This document shows positions 11,061 through 23,735 of a DNA stretch of 64,000 nucleotides, piece after piece. Source of the stretch: Harriotta raleighana (lineage: Eukaryota); contig JBNZDD010013721.1 in the NCBI GenBank assembly GCA_050575255.1, positions 9,574,566-9,638,565 on the forward strand. Direction: 5' to 3'. A program made the translations under genes and the position numbers. Each line of letters begins with the position of its first letter. Position 1 is the stretch's first letter. The notes under the pieces are model-generated. The model saw only the letters and a program-made list of their open reading frames with translations, was not told the DNA's origin and did no database searches.

Positions 11061-14000
11061 ATCTATTGAGTGGTGGGTTGGACACATCCAGAGCTCAAGC
11101 AACAGCTATTTACCACCCTGGATACCGATCAAGGTGTATAATAAACCCTGGATGTTTGAACATATGTTCACAAACTCCGGCCACTAGGAAACATCTTCCA
11201 GCAGCTGCTGTCCTCAGTAATTGTTTGCTCTCGGTGTGATGGAAGGACCTGTTCAAGATAACTTTGATTTGCCAGCCATCTTTATTTTCTAAAGGCCCAA
11301 AGCCACCTACACAGCTTGCTCAAGACTAACAGCTAAAAATAGGTCCTAATGCAAAGAACCTTGGCTAAAAGCCATGCCCATCATGAAGGGGTAGTCTCAG
11401 TGAAGGCTGGAGCTTTCTCTTTCCACAGCCCTCGCTTTTAAAGGCAATACTTTCCACCTTTTAAAGGCACTAATTGTGAAGATGAAAGGTGTACTTGATG
11501 TGTCCATCAACGCGTCTGTCTGTGCTGAATAAGAGCTTAAAAAGTTGCATTGTTATTGATTCCCGGCTTTTTATTTCGCCCCCTTTCAAATGAATTCTGT
11601 TGTTGTCATACAATTTAAGCTGCTTGATACTCTCAGAATCAATGTCTCCTTTGCTTTCTCCCATTGCCTGCCAAAGAGAACTGTTAATCAGAGTCTCAAG
11701 ATTCAGCTGGAACATTCAGTTCACAAAGCCTCCCGTCACATACTGAATAATAAAAAAAATCTGGTGGTTACAATATCTTAAAAATAAATCTTGCTACTAG
11801 TGTTCATAATGTTCTCTACTCCCCCACCCCAGCCACTAGCTGTCTGGTGTATTAGTTGACTAATTTGAGAGGAGGAGGAAATTGCAACCAAATTGATCTA
11901 GTCACTTTATCCACCCCACACATAACGTACGTATTTTACATCGGAGGATCCTTGGCAAACGTTTTCTCCCTAACTCAGGGATTGCTGTGTGTGTTCAATT
12001 GCAATGCTCCATGTTCCCAATCCTCTGAGATTCATTAAGTCCATAATTGCCACAGGAAGAGACCAGAGATCGGCTCTCTTGGCTTCTCGAGTCAGTGGTT
12101 TCATCAACTGAAGCATCTGCGGTGGTCGTCTTTGTCCAAATATGTTGTAATGATGCTTTGCTGCACATACAAGATATATACCAAAGAGGCATAAACGCGT
12201 GGATTGCTCAGTTTAATTAATGGCAGCAGCAGTTGTAAAGTCAGGGATCAATGTTATTTTTTTGGTGGAGGAAATACAAAGCCAACCATGAGGCAATCGA
12301 ATACCGTACACATTGGAACATGTCCAGTCATTTCGCGGTGAGTGTTGCATTGGTTTGTCAAAAATGTTACACAATCATCAGAAGGCTAGATTGGTGGATC
12401 TGAGCATGGACACAACAATGGACGTGTACCAAGCTCCCCTTGCACTTTTCTGCTCCCGATAGCAACGCCATGCATTCCCAGAGATAAAAATAAAGTAGAG
12501 TCTGAAAGTAAAATACTATCCAATTGAACAGATGTATGTTACTCCAGTTTAAATGTGTGAGTTTTGAAAGCATCAGCCATGAATCCCTATTTTCATTCTT
12601 AGCTAAATGTCTGTGTTATTTTCCAGCTGAGCTTTTGCTTTCCTCAACATTCAGTACACGCAGATAGCTAGTACATTTATTTATTGCCAAAGAAATCATC
12701 AATCGCCTCCAGCTTTCCTCGGAAGAGTTTCAATGCAACAACCTNTATTGTCAAAGACATCATCAATCGCCTCCAGCTTTCCTCGGAAGAGTTTCAATGC
12801 AACAACCTACGTCTCCCAGGGCAATCAACTTAGGTACTAGCTTGGGACGCCTGTTCAACAGTTTACAGAAGTTATCAATTCTGGATTTGCAATTGGCTAC
12901 GTTTGGATTATTCAAATTCATCATACATCAAAGGGCCCTTACCAGCGTTGTGTTCATCTCGAATGATACAATAGACCTGACCAGTGTCATTTAACTGAGT
13001 TCAGTTTCTCAAAAGAAAAAAAATTTAACTGTACAAATGCAGTTCTGTTTCTCTAGCTGCAGAATTGGCTTCCCCCAAATATTTGAATAACAAACAACTG
13101 CTGAGTTTGACTATTTCCAATGCGTTATTATTAGATTATTTTTGCAACACTGTCCTGCAGGGATCTGGGAATTGGGAATTGTTTTCGCTGGCACATACGG
13201 TGTTTCATGTTTATAAGCATTGTGATTAAGTAATAAACCTAAGAATCCCAGAGTATACAAGGCAATGAATGGCTCTTGCACACTGAAGCACAGAGGCTAG
13301 AGGCCAAAGACTTTATTAGTGTGCTGGAGTTTGTTTTGGTTGAATACCCTTGAGATTCCTATGTTTATTCCTGTTTTACTGCAGAAGAAACCGGTTTCTT
13401 TGGGAAGATGCAGCAAAGGAGAGTTAAAAGGGTAAAAATAAATCTTCAGTGTAAAAAGCGTTGTGGTGTCCTGGTCAGACAGATCTGGATATCAACATTG
13501 ACAGTCAGTTGCCTGTGCTTTTCACATGCTGCAATCAAACCCTCTAATTCATCAGCACACAGATAATTAAAATGCCAATTAGGTCATTTATTTAAGATCA
13601 AAAGAAGCAGGTCTGGTAACTTGGTTTTTGTTTCGCATTTGGCAGTTAAATACTGATATTTGAGTTTAGTTAAATCTTAAGCAGTTTATGTACATCTCGC
13701 TCTCTCTGATCAGATTTATTGTTCAGGAAGTTCATACTTGCTGTGAATTTACTTTAGACTCATCCAACTAGAGTATATGGATTGAATGGAGTCCATACAA
13801 GATGATATTCTGACGCTACTGATTGTGATTACATTGAACATGAACAGATTTAATGTAAATTGAAATGACACTTTATGCAGCATTTTTAATTCGCTGGTAC
13901 AAGCCAGGACAGCTTGCATATGAATACATTAACCTTGGAATTCTGCCAAGTTATTTCATTGAGGTGTAATCACATTGCTGAGGCCACCGAGGAGATAATT

Positions 14001-14264
14001 TACCGAGCAATAGCACTTTACATTTGATTTAAAACGTGCCGAGAGGTGATCTGCTGGTGTCTGTGAGACAACCTGGTCAATAATTTGAGTTGTGAACCTA
14101 GAATTTGTGGGGGTTAAAAAAAAACAGCCTTCAGATTCAAAAGTAAGAAACTGGTAAGTGAAGCATTTAAACATTAAACCCTTAGATTGATGATAGGTTT
14201 TATTGATACATGTCTCTGTGGGATGACCAGTTATTTATATTTCAACTCGTGTGCTGTGACCCCA

Positions 14265-14482
14265 AATAATAATAATCCTTACATTTGGTATAGCGCTTTT
14301 CAGGTCTTCTAGACGATACTGTAAAGTGAATTGACTGTATATATGTGGGTGAAACGCGGCAGCCAATTGCGCACAGCAGTGCACCCCACAAACAATCGTG
14401 GATTGAAATGACCAGTTTATTTTTTTGGGAGGAACTTGTATTCGGCTTATGGAGTAAGGAATCTTGCCCAAGATTTTGCCCT
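14265..14482 (-). mobile_element. tRNA-derived SINE, short central variant, 5'-truncated
   Basis: (AAT)n tail, gtaaagtgaattgactgtat, and ggagtaaggaatcttgcccaag. Confidence 0.9.
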
Positions 14483-15214
14483 AATATTAATGTTATATGA
14501 GCAAAAATACTGAGATCTTCATCGAGATTAATACAGTACTAATCCTAACACATTAAGGCAAGTGGAGAATTTATTCAACTAAAATCAATGTATTTTTAAA
14601 ACAATAACAAAATTACACTTATATAGCGCATACAGATGCTCACCTCACCATGCCCTTTCCATCTATTTTCCTTTTTTTATTATTTCAATTTCATTTTTGA
14701 CTATTTTCTAACAACTTTAGTTTGCTTCTTGACCATAAGTTCAGCGCTTATTAATTTTCTCTGCTTGTTATATCCGGGGTCAAATTAAACAAATTGTCAA
14801 AAATCAATCCATCTTTCCGACATGTAATTGTGGTGCCTGTTGTTGTTGTCATCATTTGTTCTTGTTGTTGGAGAGGTGAGAATCCCTTTTTAAAAAAATG
14901 ATTTTTCCATCAGCTCAAATGGTGTTAAATGATCACTGCTAATTGGTGTTTATATTTGATTGATTTATAGACGGGGCAACTGGGTCAATCACTTTTGCAA
15001 ATATGAGAGCCAGGGCCGTGAATGCGTGAGTACATCAGAGGTAGTTGATGTACTCAGATCCACGACACTCAAGGGTGAAAGAAAGTGGACAGAGGTACAT
15101 CCCGATTTTACAAAAGTAAACGGTTTCATGCAAGGTGAACGTAATCACTGCCGCACTTAAAAAAAAATGGGAACTGTATTCTTTCTCAGACTGTATCTAA
15201 GAAAAAAACACGTG

Positions 15215-15388
15215 GTCACTCAATCTACAGCTGTTTGTGGGACTCTGTTCTGCTCAGTTATCTGCCGCGTTTCTCCCACAAGATAAACAATCCATCCGCT
15301 TTACAGTATAATCTGTGAAGTGCTTTGACACATTCCAATTACGTGATAAGGTGCTGCATCAAATGCTGGTATTATCATTATTATTATG
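15215..15388 (+). mobile_element. SINE 3' half
   Basis: ctgtttgtgggactctg...ttacagtataatctgtgaagtgctttg...atcaaatgc followed by (att)n. Confidence 0.8.
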
Positions 15389-16254
15389 TTTAGATATAGT
15401 ATGATATTTAATATAATTGTATATTGTGCTATAAAAGAAACTGCAGGCAAAGAGCAGTGATGGAGCAGTGTGACTATACAATGCCCGATGGACTCTACTT
15501 GTAGAAGTCCATGTATGGCCTAGGGTTGAGAGAAGTTGAGGGGATTGAGGAGGTTGGTAATGATAGAAAAATAAAATGAAAAAAACACAAGACAGTGCAT
15601 GGTAGGAAACCTGCTAGGAAGACGCTTAACTTTGAATGAGATGAATAAGACTTGAGCTTTGATTTGTTTTCTTTCATCCTGTTTGTTTATGAATCGATCC
15701 AGAGCTTTATTTGGGAATGTAAAACCAGTGATAGTGCTCGACAGACAAGCAGACAACGGCTTCTGCAAATCCATTCATATCACTTGGATTCAAGCAACAA
15801 ACCATGCACAGCACAGCTTGGCTCTGTGAATTCTGGCCCTTCTTAAATAATTTAAAACCAGAAAAAAAAATCTCAGCACTGTGCTGCTGGGGGTTAGATA
15901 CAGCACTTTTTTTTCAGAGAGAGGTAAGAAACAATAAAAAATTCATTTGACTGAGCCTTGATTCCCAGATGATTCTTATCCAGCCTAAAAGCGCAGTAAA
16001 TTTGTTTGTGAAAATAAAACGTCATCTGCAGTATGTATAGAGTACAAGAGTGGATGTGCTGTGTCCTGACTTGTACGAGGGGAATGAAGGTCTGAACCAT
16101 AAATGTCTTTAACCTTGGATTTTCACCGGTTTTAATCATCGCTATTTCTATTTTTATTTGATTTGCCATCAAAGAAATTACCCCGCAAACTGCACCAATA
16201 CGAGTTGCAGGAGCAAAAATAAGGAGGGAAAAGATTATAAAGGGAATTGAATTC

Positions 16255-16495
16255 CCCATCCTTCAGATGAGATGTTAAACTGAGGTTCAGGTGTCCATTA
16301 ACGATCCCATAGCATCATTCTTAAAAAGGATGGTGTTTCTCCCAGTGTTCCAGCCAAGAATTGCAGAAATAAAATTGCTCATTCACTTCATGGTTGTTTG
16401 TGGGACCTTGCTGTGTGCATGCTGGCTGCTGGGTTTGGCAACAAAATACACAGTCATTGTAATTTACAGTAGTTCCTGTGAAGCACTTTTTCCAA
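16255..16495 (+). mobile_element. Deu-domain SINE relic
   Basis: ttcagatgagatgttaaactgagg, gatcccatagcatcattc and ttgtttgtgggaccttgctgtgtgca. Confidence 0.8.
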
Positions 16496-16509
16496 TGTGA
16501 ATTTGTTTT

Positions 16510-16645
16510 GCAAACCTACCCAGCACTAGCAATACATTCCAGATCCAAACAACTCGCTGTGTGAAAACATTTCTCCTCATCTCACCTCTGTTTCTTCTCA
16601 TAACGATTTTAAATCAGTGTCCTCTGGTACGTGACCCACCCCCAA
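16510..16645 (-). mobile_element. CR1 LINE fragment
   Basis: cattccagatccaaacaactcgctgtgtgaaaacatttctcctcatctc matches the reverse-complemented CR1 ORF2 C-terminal region. Confidence 0.65.
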
Positions 16646-16769
16646 ATAATTTCTCCAAATAGGCTTGATGGTCATGCTCCCCAAAAGCCTTTTTTGCTCT
16701 TTGGCTTCCGAAATGGGGAATGATAAATAGCAACTTGGGTGAGCTATTGAATGACAGCTGGCATTTATA

Positions 16770-17075
16770 GAATGGTGCCCAGTGCTGGCGAACGCCTCCA
16801 TGAAGAAAGCGAGTAAAAAGGACGAAAACTGTAAGAATAAACATGTAATGATGGAGTGCTGTGAACGGAAAGATGACGGCTCATGTTAATAAGGTCACTT
16901 GTGGTTAGATGTTCCTGATGCTTGGCGCGACACACTATTTTTGAAATGGTTAAGACTGGAGAAATAGAAGCAGATCGGTAATTGTTCAAATCTGACTTGA
17001 AATCCAATTTAAGGAATAGTTTAACCTTGGCAACCTTCCAATCCAGCAGAACCTTTCTCCTTGCGAGGGACAAAT
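16770..17075 (-). mobile_element. LINE reverse-transcriptase remnant (L2/Crack/CR1 group)
   Basis: ORF 16765..17073 contains DWKVAKVKLFLKLDFKSDLNNYRSASISPVLTISKIV...EHL...HST, matching the RT N-terminal motif WKxAxVxPxxK...DxxNYRPISxLxxxSK. Confidence 0.85.
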
Positions 17076-17689
17076 TTATGACGCTAGTCCATGTTTATCA
17101 AATTAGCTTCTATTCAAATGTTATTACCTTTGAATCTCAAAAAAGAATCTCCTTGAAACATCTCCGTGTTGTGCAAGACTGAGGAGCGAGTCTCCTTGTA
17201 AATTTGCATTAATGATTTGATTGGTGATTCAGGGATTATTCAGTCCTTCAATTTTCTCAATGAATGATACATGACTATTACAAATTTTCATATGTTAAGC
17301 TTTGCATTTTCCTCAGGCTCTGACCATCTCAATGATATGAGTTGTGGAGCTTTAGCAAGCATTAGCTAAGTTAAACCGAAAATTTCCCTGCTATAAAGTT
17401 TTCTAAAATAAAATCATTCTCTCCATTGATTTGGAAGAGTAGTGAGGGCTTAGGCTTGGGGAAAAGTGAGTTATATCCTAAAATGTTATTATTGTTATTG
17501 GCTTGGTGAGGAATAGAGGCACATTTTCCAAGGCAATCAAAGGGTGACAAACCAAGTCCTTTCTGGTGAATTATTGAGAAAATTCATGAAGGAAGCAGAG
17601 CCTCAAGGAAGAACATTTATCTGAGAAACATACCGTCATTTATCTGAGAAACCTACCCAACAGGCTAGGATTGACCTTCACAACCTTAT

Positions 17690-17810
17690 GTTTAGCCACT
17701 ACTCTTCAAAACTTTGGAACTCTCTCCCTCAGTCTCTCTGCTTTGCCTCATCCTTCCCCACTTTTCAGATCACGCCTGAAGACCTTCCACTTCGATCACG
17801 AGTGTGATCA
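17690..17810 (+). mobile_element. L2 ORF2 C-terminal fragment
   Basis: Translates to SKLWNSLPQSL and FRSRLKTFHFD, the L2 terminal motifs LWNSLP and FKxxLKTxLF. Confidence 0.75.
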
Positions 17811-18769
17811 AAGATTTGGGGAAGATGGTGCTTATGGTTCTGTCCCGTCTAGTTCCGTCCGCCCACACGTTTTTAACACAAAAACCTATTTGCGTTCTAA
17901 TCACAGTCAGTCACCGAATACTTAGTGGTCCAAGCCATAAACCAATGACTCAAAACAAGCACAGCTGGAGAGACCAGGTTATTGAACTCTCTATGGCATT
18001 AGTATTGCAGTTAAGGCTGTATTACCTTCAATGGCCTGATTATAAACACAATCATTAAATTGTTAATTTGGTCAATGTCTTTTGTTTTGTTTTGTTTTGT
18101 GACTGATCACGTTCATTCTTAATGCAGGTAGTTAAATCAGTTTCAATTGGTCTTATAGTAATTGAGGTGGAATCCGTGTGAAGTTGGGCAGCAGTTTCAA
18201 AAGCTTGTTTATTAACACTCAATACAGTGACATCTTCCCCGCTTCAAGAATGTAATCTTCTTTGGGATTTTTTTTCCTTCACAAGCTTCCTTCACAAGCA
18301 CTTGACAATGACTGCATCTGGTGATTACCATTCCCTCCTGTGCATAATCTCCCATTAAAAGTGATATACAAAAGAAGCCCTTGGTGAACACTACCTGAGC
18401 ATTGACAGAGATTTAATTTTCTAAGTGAAATCCATGCTGTTCTTGTCACTCTCACTGACCTCTGAACTTTTTTTAGTGTGATTTAACAAGGAACTGTGTC
18501 TGTGTCACTCTCTATAATGGTTTCAGATACTCAGGAATGATGTGATGGGCTTGAAATAATTTAATATTGATTTACTTAATGTGCGTTGAAAGGCTTGTAT
18601 CTGTGAGCTTTTGTTTATCCAGCACATTTTAAGAATCCTACTTAAAATATATATAAATTTGATCAGTGCTATCAGTGTGTGTGTATAGAGACACTTCAAA
18701 GAAATTGAGGTGGATTTACATGGCTTGTTTTGCTCATGATGTTACCCAACGATGGTAATAATAATGATA

Positions 18770-18950
18770 CTGTAATACTAATCCATACATTTGCTATAGC
18801 ACCTTATCATGTCTTCAAGACATCTCAAAACGCTTCACAGAATATAATGTAAAGTGAATTGACTGCATATTTTGTGGGTAAAATGCAGCAGCCAATTACG
18901 CCCAGTCGCGTCCCCCCAAACATTGGTGGATTGAGTGACCAGATAATTCT
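18770..18950 (-). mobile_element. SINE 3' half
   Basis: ctcaaaacgcttcacagaatataatgtaaagtgaattgactg. Confidence 0.85.
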
Positions 18951-19223
18951 TATTTGTGACAAGTGGCTCCAAGGTGACATGTTTAGCATCAGAAAGGATT
19001 TCGTCCTCCACGATGGTCCCGGTCATCTGGTTCCTGAACCCAGGAGGGTTCATAATAATTCCGGGCACTGATGATGACAGACCAGGCAGCCTAGTGCACT
19101 AGGAGGATGAAGGATGGAATATCAGTCAATGGGACCCTAGATTCTTCCGTTTCTAGATAGTTAGACTTTAGCAGTATCCCAAGCCACAAATGGATAAGCT
19201 TGAAGTATCTCTCCAGGGACATA

Positions 19224-19325
19224 CGCATCGATGCGAATTCACTCTCCGGTGCCTGTTTGTATTCAAAGGTTGTGGCTGTACAGACATGATTGCATGTGTG
19301 TTTATTGCTATGCAATTTCCAAACA
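19224..19325 (+). repeat. Left arm of a long inverted repeat (partner 20552-20637)
   Basis: 19224-19289 matches the reverse complement of 20572-20637 at 62/66. Similarity continues, gapped, to tgcaatttccaa. Confidence 0.95.
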
Positions 19326-20029
19326 CAGCAATTTTCACAAGTGGGTGGTATGCATGGATCTCTGGGTGGTTTGGAACTTTTGAAACATGGTGACGCCTTG
19401 GGACATCCTCCTGACATGAAAGATGCAATGAAAATGTCATTTTGTTGTTGTTGTTGATGGTTCTCTACATTTATCAGACACTCGGCTGACCATTAAAATA
19501 AAAGATTTTCCCTGATGGAGCATGTAAACAAGAGGCATACAGAACAATTAAAACAAACGAGCAATACTATAGGACTTGTTCGTAGGGGATGAGTAATACA
19601 CTTTCAAACAATACCCAGGAAATGAAAAGTCTGCAGGGGAACATTTAACATTTATCCTGGAGAGGATATAATAGGAAAGACAAACAAATTACAAACAAGA
19701 CTGTGTAAGAAAAAGTACGCATTTGCCTGGGCTGACTAGTTTTCTGCATGTCCAGCTTGGTTCGATAAATTGAAAAACCTCTTTAGTTTTTGCCAAACAA
19801 TCCAGTTTGTTTGCAGAAAACAAATTTAAGACCCACCATGTCGTCTCCAATGTCCTGTTTTGCTATTAAGGGTTAGACAATCAAATAACAGAGCAGACCC
19901 ATTAAACTTGCCCCGGCTCCAGCTCATATCCTCATACACTCGACTGTAAAATAACAGATTATTTATCAACTTTCTGGTAGTGGCTTTCACGTCAGAAAAA
20001 CAAATAACTATAAGATGATGGATTTTTTA

Positions 20030-20452
20030 ATAATAATAATATTAATAATAAATCTTGCATTTGATATGGCACCTTTCACATTGGAAGGACGTCTCAAAGT
20101 ACCTCACAGGATTTATTGTACATACTGAAGGCAAGACAAATGCAGCAGCCATTTTAGATACAGCAATATCACATAAACAGCCATGAATTGAATTACCATT
20201 TTCTTTCTGGGAGACTGTTGGTAAGCACAGGAGGAGAAATTCCCTTCTCTTTTTATACATACTGGGATAGTCCACTTGAACATTTCAACTTCTCATCTGC
20301 AGAATAACACCTCCATAAACATAGCACCTCGCTAACATTGCAATGAATTGTCAGTTGGTACTATAGGAGTTCCAAGTACAGATGCATGGTTTGAAGTCGT
20401 AAACGTTTGACTCAGAGGTGAGAATACTACCAATTGAGCCAGGCTGACACCT
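20030..20452 (-). mobile_element. Near full-length, old Deu-domain SINE (SacSINE1-like)
   Basis: Minus-strand head ggtgtcagcctggctcaattggtagtattctcacctctgagtca (A box), a decayed Deu core, and the tail gtgaaaggtgccatatcaaatgcaag + (att)n. Confidence 0.8.
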
Positions 20453-20551
20453 AATTATTTCAGTAATAATTAGATCCATAACTGAAACTGATCACTGCCA
20501 GCAATGTTTATTTAATTGACTGCGAGCAATTAAGATCAGGAAGAATGAAAT

Positions 20552-20637
20552 GTTGGAAATTGCACATACATTCATGTCTGTACAGCCACAACCTTTGAGT
20601 ACAAATAGGCACCAGAGAGTAAATTCGCATCGATGCG
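20552..20637 (-). repeat. Right arm of the long inverted repeat
   Basis: Partner of 19224-19325; ends in the same 12-bp palindrome cgcatcgatgcg. Confidence 0.95.
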
Positions 20638-22249
20638 ATTGTTTTTAAGATTCTCCAAGTCAACTGTAGCTAGAGGTAATCCAAAAATCACTTAGTTAAC
20701 ATCTTAATTAAAATAGTAATCTGCAGCCAATTCTCCTCTATATTATACACTGTAGATTAATTGACTTGAACTTCTTTTAGATTAATTCCTTTAATTCCTT
20801 GGGAGGGGGAGGGGGGTGCTGAGTAGGGCCTTGTATCTGAAGAACACTCCACCCTAAGAGTTAGTGATCATGGGGGAATTTGCCACATTGTCAGCAATTC
20901 TGCATATCCATTTGATTGAAACATTAGATAGAATTATGACTAGCACTGTCAAATGGCTGTTTGCTCATAAGCATGTTCCTTCCCCAATCCAGTCACTTGG
21001 AAGTTCCAACTGGAAGTAAAATGACTTCTTATTTTAAAAGTCCTTCCCGTCCAGTGCAGACTTGTTCTATCTTAATATGTTGGTGTGTGCGTTAAGACAC
21101 TGTAGATGCCTGGGTAGGGAAGAATTACAGACTGAGGAAGGAAGGGGAGTGGGACAAGCCTGAGGAGGAGAGGAGGATGTAAGCCAAGGGAGACTGAGGG
21201 AAACTGAGAAACAGGCAGAGGAAGAGGGGGAATTGAGGAATGAGTTACTGTCAGTTAACTGGAGTAATAACCATGTGTATTTGGAAGGAATTATTGTCAA
21301 AATTGGGCAAAGGAAAAGTGCTTCGAAAGAGATTGGCCTGTGACTGTGAGCACTGCCCTTATCTCTGCCTTTGCCTCCTGACTATTTGGGTCTTTGTTTT
21401 GACTCGAAATCAGTCAGGCAATGATCGTAATGGTAGAATAATTCAATTTCAGCGCAATAACCTGTTAGTAAAGATTTCCATCAGCAAAAAGGATCATTTG
21501 TGCACTTGCTGAAACGGAACTGGGTTCTCCCCAGGCAAAAGAAATAAAGGGAAATGAAGACAAGAATGAATAATGGTCTGATTTTGCTTTCCCGGGTGGT
21601 GTCTGTGAAGTTAAATAACACTTTGAACAATACTTAATATTTATTAGCCCTCAGGAATTAAAAGCAGTTTCTTAAAAAATAAATATAGGCAATGCAATAG
21701 GGAGGCGAAACAAAGATTTGTTTTGGTGAGTTGATGCCAGTCACTTCGGGATTCCAATGCAACAGTCAGTTGCTGGTTGGTCGATGGAAACATTGACTAT
21801 CCACCCTTCTGATTCTGAACAGTGAGAGTTACTCGAAGCCCACGTCTCTTCACTGTGTCCCATTTAGTACCCGGGCACAATCCCACAGTCATCCAATTCA
21901 TGAATATTCATGAGCTAGGGAATTCTGTACTGACCTCAACATCTGTCGTTGTGACAAAATGCAGATGTTTTTAACTTTACAAAACAATCAGATAGCCCAA
22001 GTTGCCAGCCTTATCAAAACCCATGTTGAAACCAATGTTGAATTACCAAGATTACTTATGTGTTCCCTTATTCTTCGGTGCTTTTGCAATTGCCATTTGG
22101 GTTTCCCGTCATTTTATACATATTCTGTAGTGGCTGTCATTAATTAATATTGTTTCCTGGTCCGTGAACTTCCATTTGTAACCCCTTCTGTTTCTCTCTT
22201 CAGATTTACTCGGTCTACACATTCTTCCTGGCTACGGCTTTACCTTTGC

Positions 22250-22880
22250 TTTGCCCTGATGTTCCTTTTCTAATAAAAATAAATTGCTCATTTCTAAATG
22301 CAGTCTACACTTTTTTTTTCCCTTTCCTTCACCTCCATGTGGTTATCTCCGTGAGTATTAATACTTTGCCAAGCGTCCTTTCCAAAATGTCCTTCTTGTC
22401 AAATGTTTAATTTCCAATCTCTGGGGTTTCCTGCAACGCAGTGTTACTCCTCATTCTGTCTCCCCATGTATTTCTTCATTCATTATGAATTTAAAGTGAT
22501 CATGTTTCCAGTTCCTGAAATATGTGACCTGTAGGTCATGAATGCCTCAGTAACTCTGACTAGCACTCATGCAAAAGAGATTGCCTTTTTCTGTGTAAGA
22601 ATTGGATTGACTTCTAATAACAGTATAATGCCTGTTTGTTTCCTTTACTGATAAGTAAATTAAACAATGAGGTCTAATGCTCTTTTCATTGTAGGTGGAT
22701 TGGTTTTCTGGTGCTTTTTTTTAACAGAATGTCTTAGAAATGCTAGGTGTAGCACATACGTTTCCGATGCACTATGCTCTCTGCTACCCTTTTGCATTGC
22801 TGATCCTCCCTTGTATGTAACCTCCCTATTTTTCATTTTGACAATGATTCTGCTAACTAATCATGTTAAATTTCGATGGC
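22250..22880 (-). mobile_element. Possible very old CR1 ORF2 endonuclease-region remnant
   Basis: Minus-strand peptide QKGSRE...FLRHSVKK...PTMKRALDLIV loosely resembles CR1 EN 'FLxQxVxxPTR...LDLV'. Confidence 0.3.
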
Positions 22881-23299
22881 CTCCTCACAAACAAAGAAAT
22901 CTGTGTATATGATACAGCAAAATTATGAAGCCAGGGATTTCGCTTGATTTATCTTAAAAGGATTCCAGAGAAAGTTTGTTTTCTATGTACTCCCAGCTAA
23001 AGGCTGAAAATTAGCAGATTCTGAGCTCCTGTTGTTCTTATGAAAAGCCTGCAGTTTTTGGACCCGGATTTCACCAAGTTCTGTCACACCCACTTTTGTG
23101 GCAGATTTCTGCTGGCACCAATATATAGTACAGAGCAGCGGTCCCTCTCTCCCACCACCCAGAACCTGAATTGTAAGTTTGTGTAAATCCTTGTGTGCAA
23201 AAAGGAGTAGAGTTATTAATAAACCACATCCAACACTGAGAGCCAATGTGATAAACAAAACAGCTCAACTCATATCAGCCCATATGGCTTCAAGCAAAA

Positions 23300-23735
23300 A
23301 CACAGAATAGAAAAAGAGGAGGCTGTCTGGGCTTCGAGCCTATTCCACCATTTTATTAGATTTGGCTTAATCCCAATACCTGGACCTTTGGCTATATCGC
23401 TTGATAACTAACCATCTGAATGTCCCTGAATAAAAACATCTCTATTGATTCCACCTCTGCAGCTTTCTAGGGCAGAGCATTCCACAGTTTTACACCGTCC
23501 GCATGAAGAAATAATGATAATCTTTGCATTCAGCATAGCACCTCTCACATCAGGAGGATGTTGCAAAGCGATTCACAGCATTTATTGTGAAATGAAGTGA
23601 CTTTGTGAACGTTTCCTGATCTCAGTGCTAACTGTCTTAGATCTGATTTTAAGGGCATGTTCCCTTGTAATGGATCCCTCTAGCTGAGGGAAGAGTCAGC
23701 CACTGTCTATTCTGTAAATTCCTTTCATTCATTTA
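23300..23735 (-). mobile_element. CR1 3' fragment interrupted by a SINE tail (23511-23609)
   Basis: gggcagagcattccacag...gcatgaagaa resumes as gtttcctgatctcagtgcta after an inserted (aat)n/tttgcatt...aaagcgattcacag segment. Confidence 0.7.

Noticed and set aside
21110-21245. Purine-rich tract with a loose ctgagga periodicity
   Set aside because: Low-complexity sequence with no regular unit or other support.
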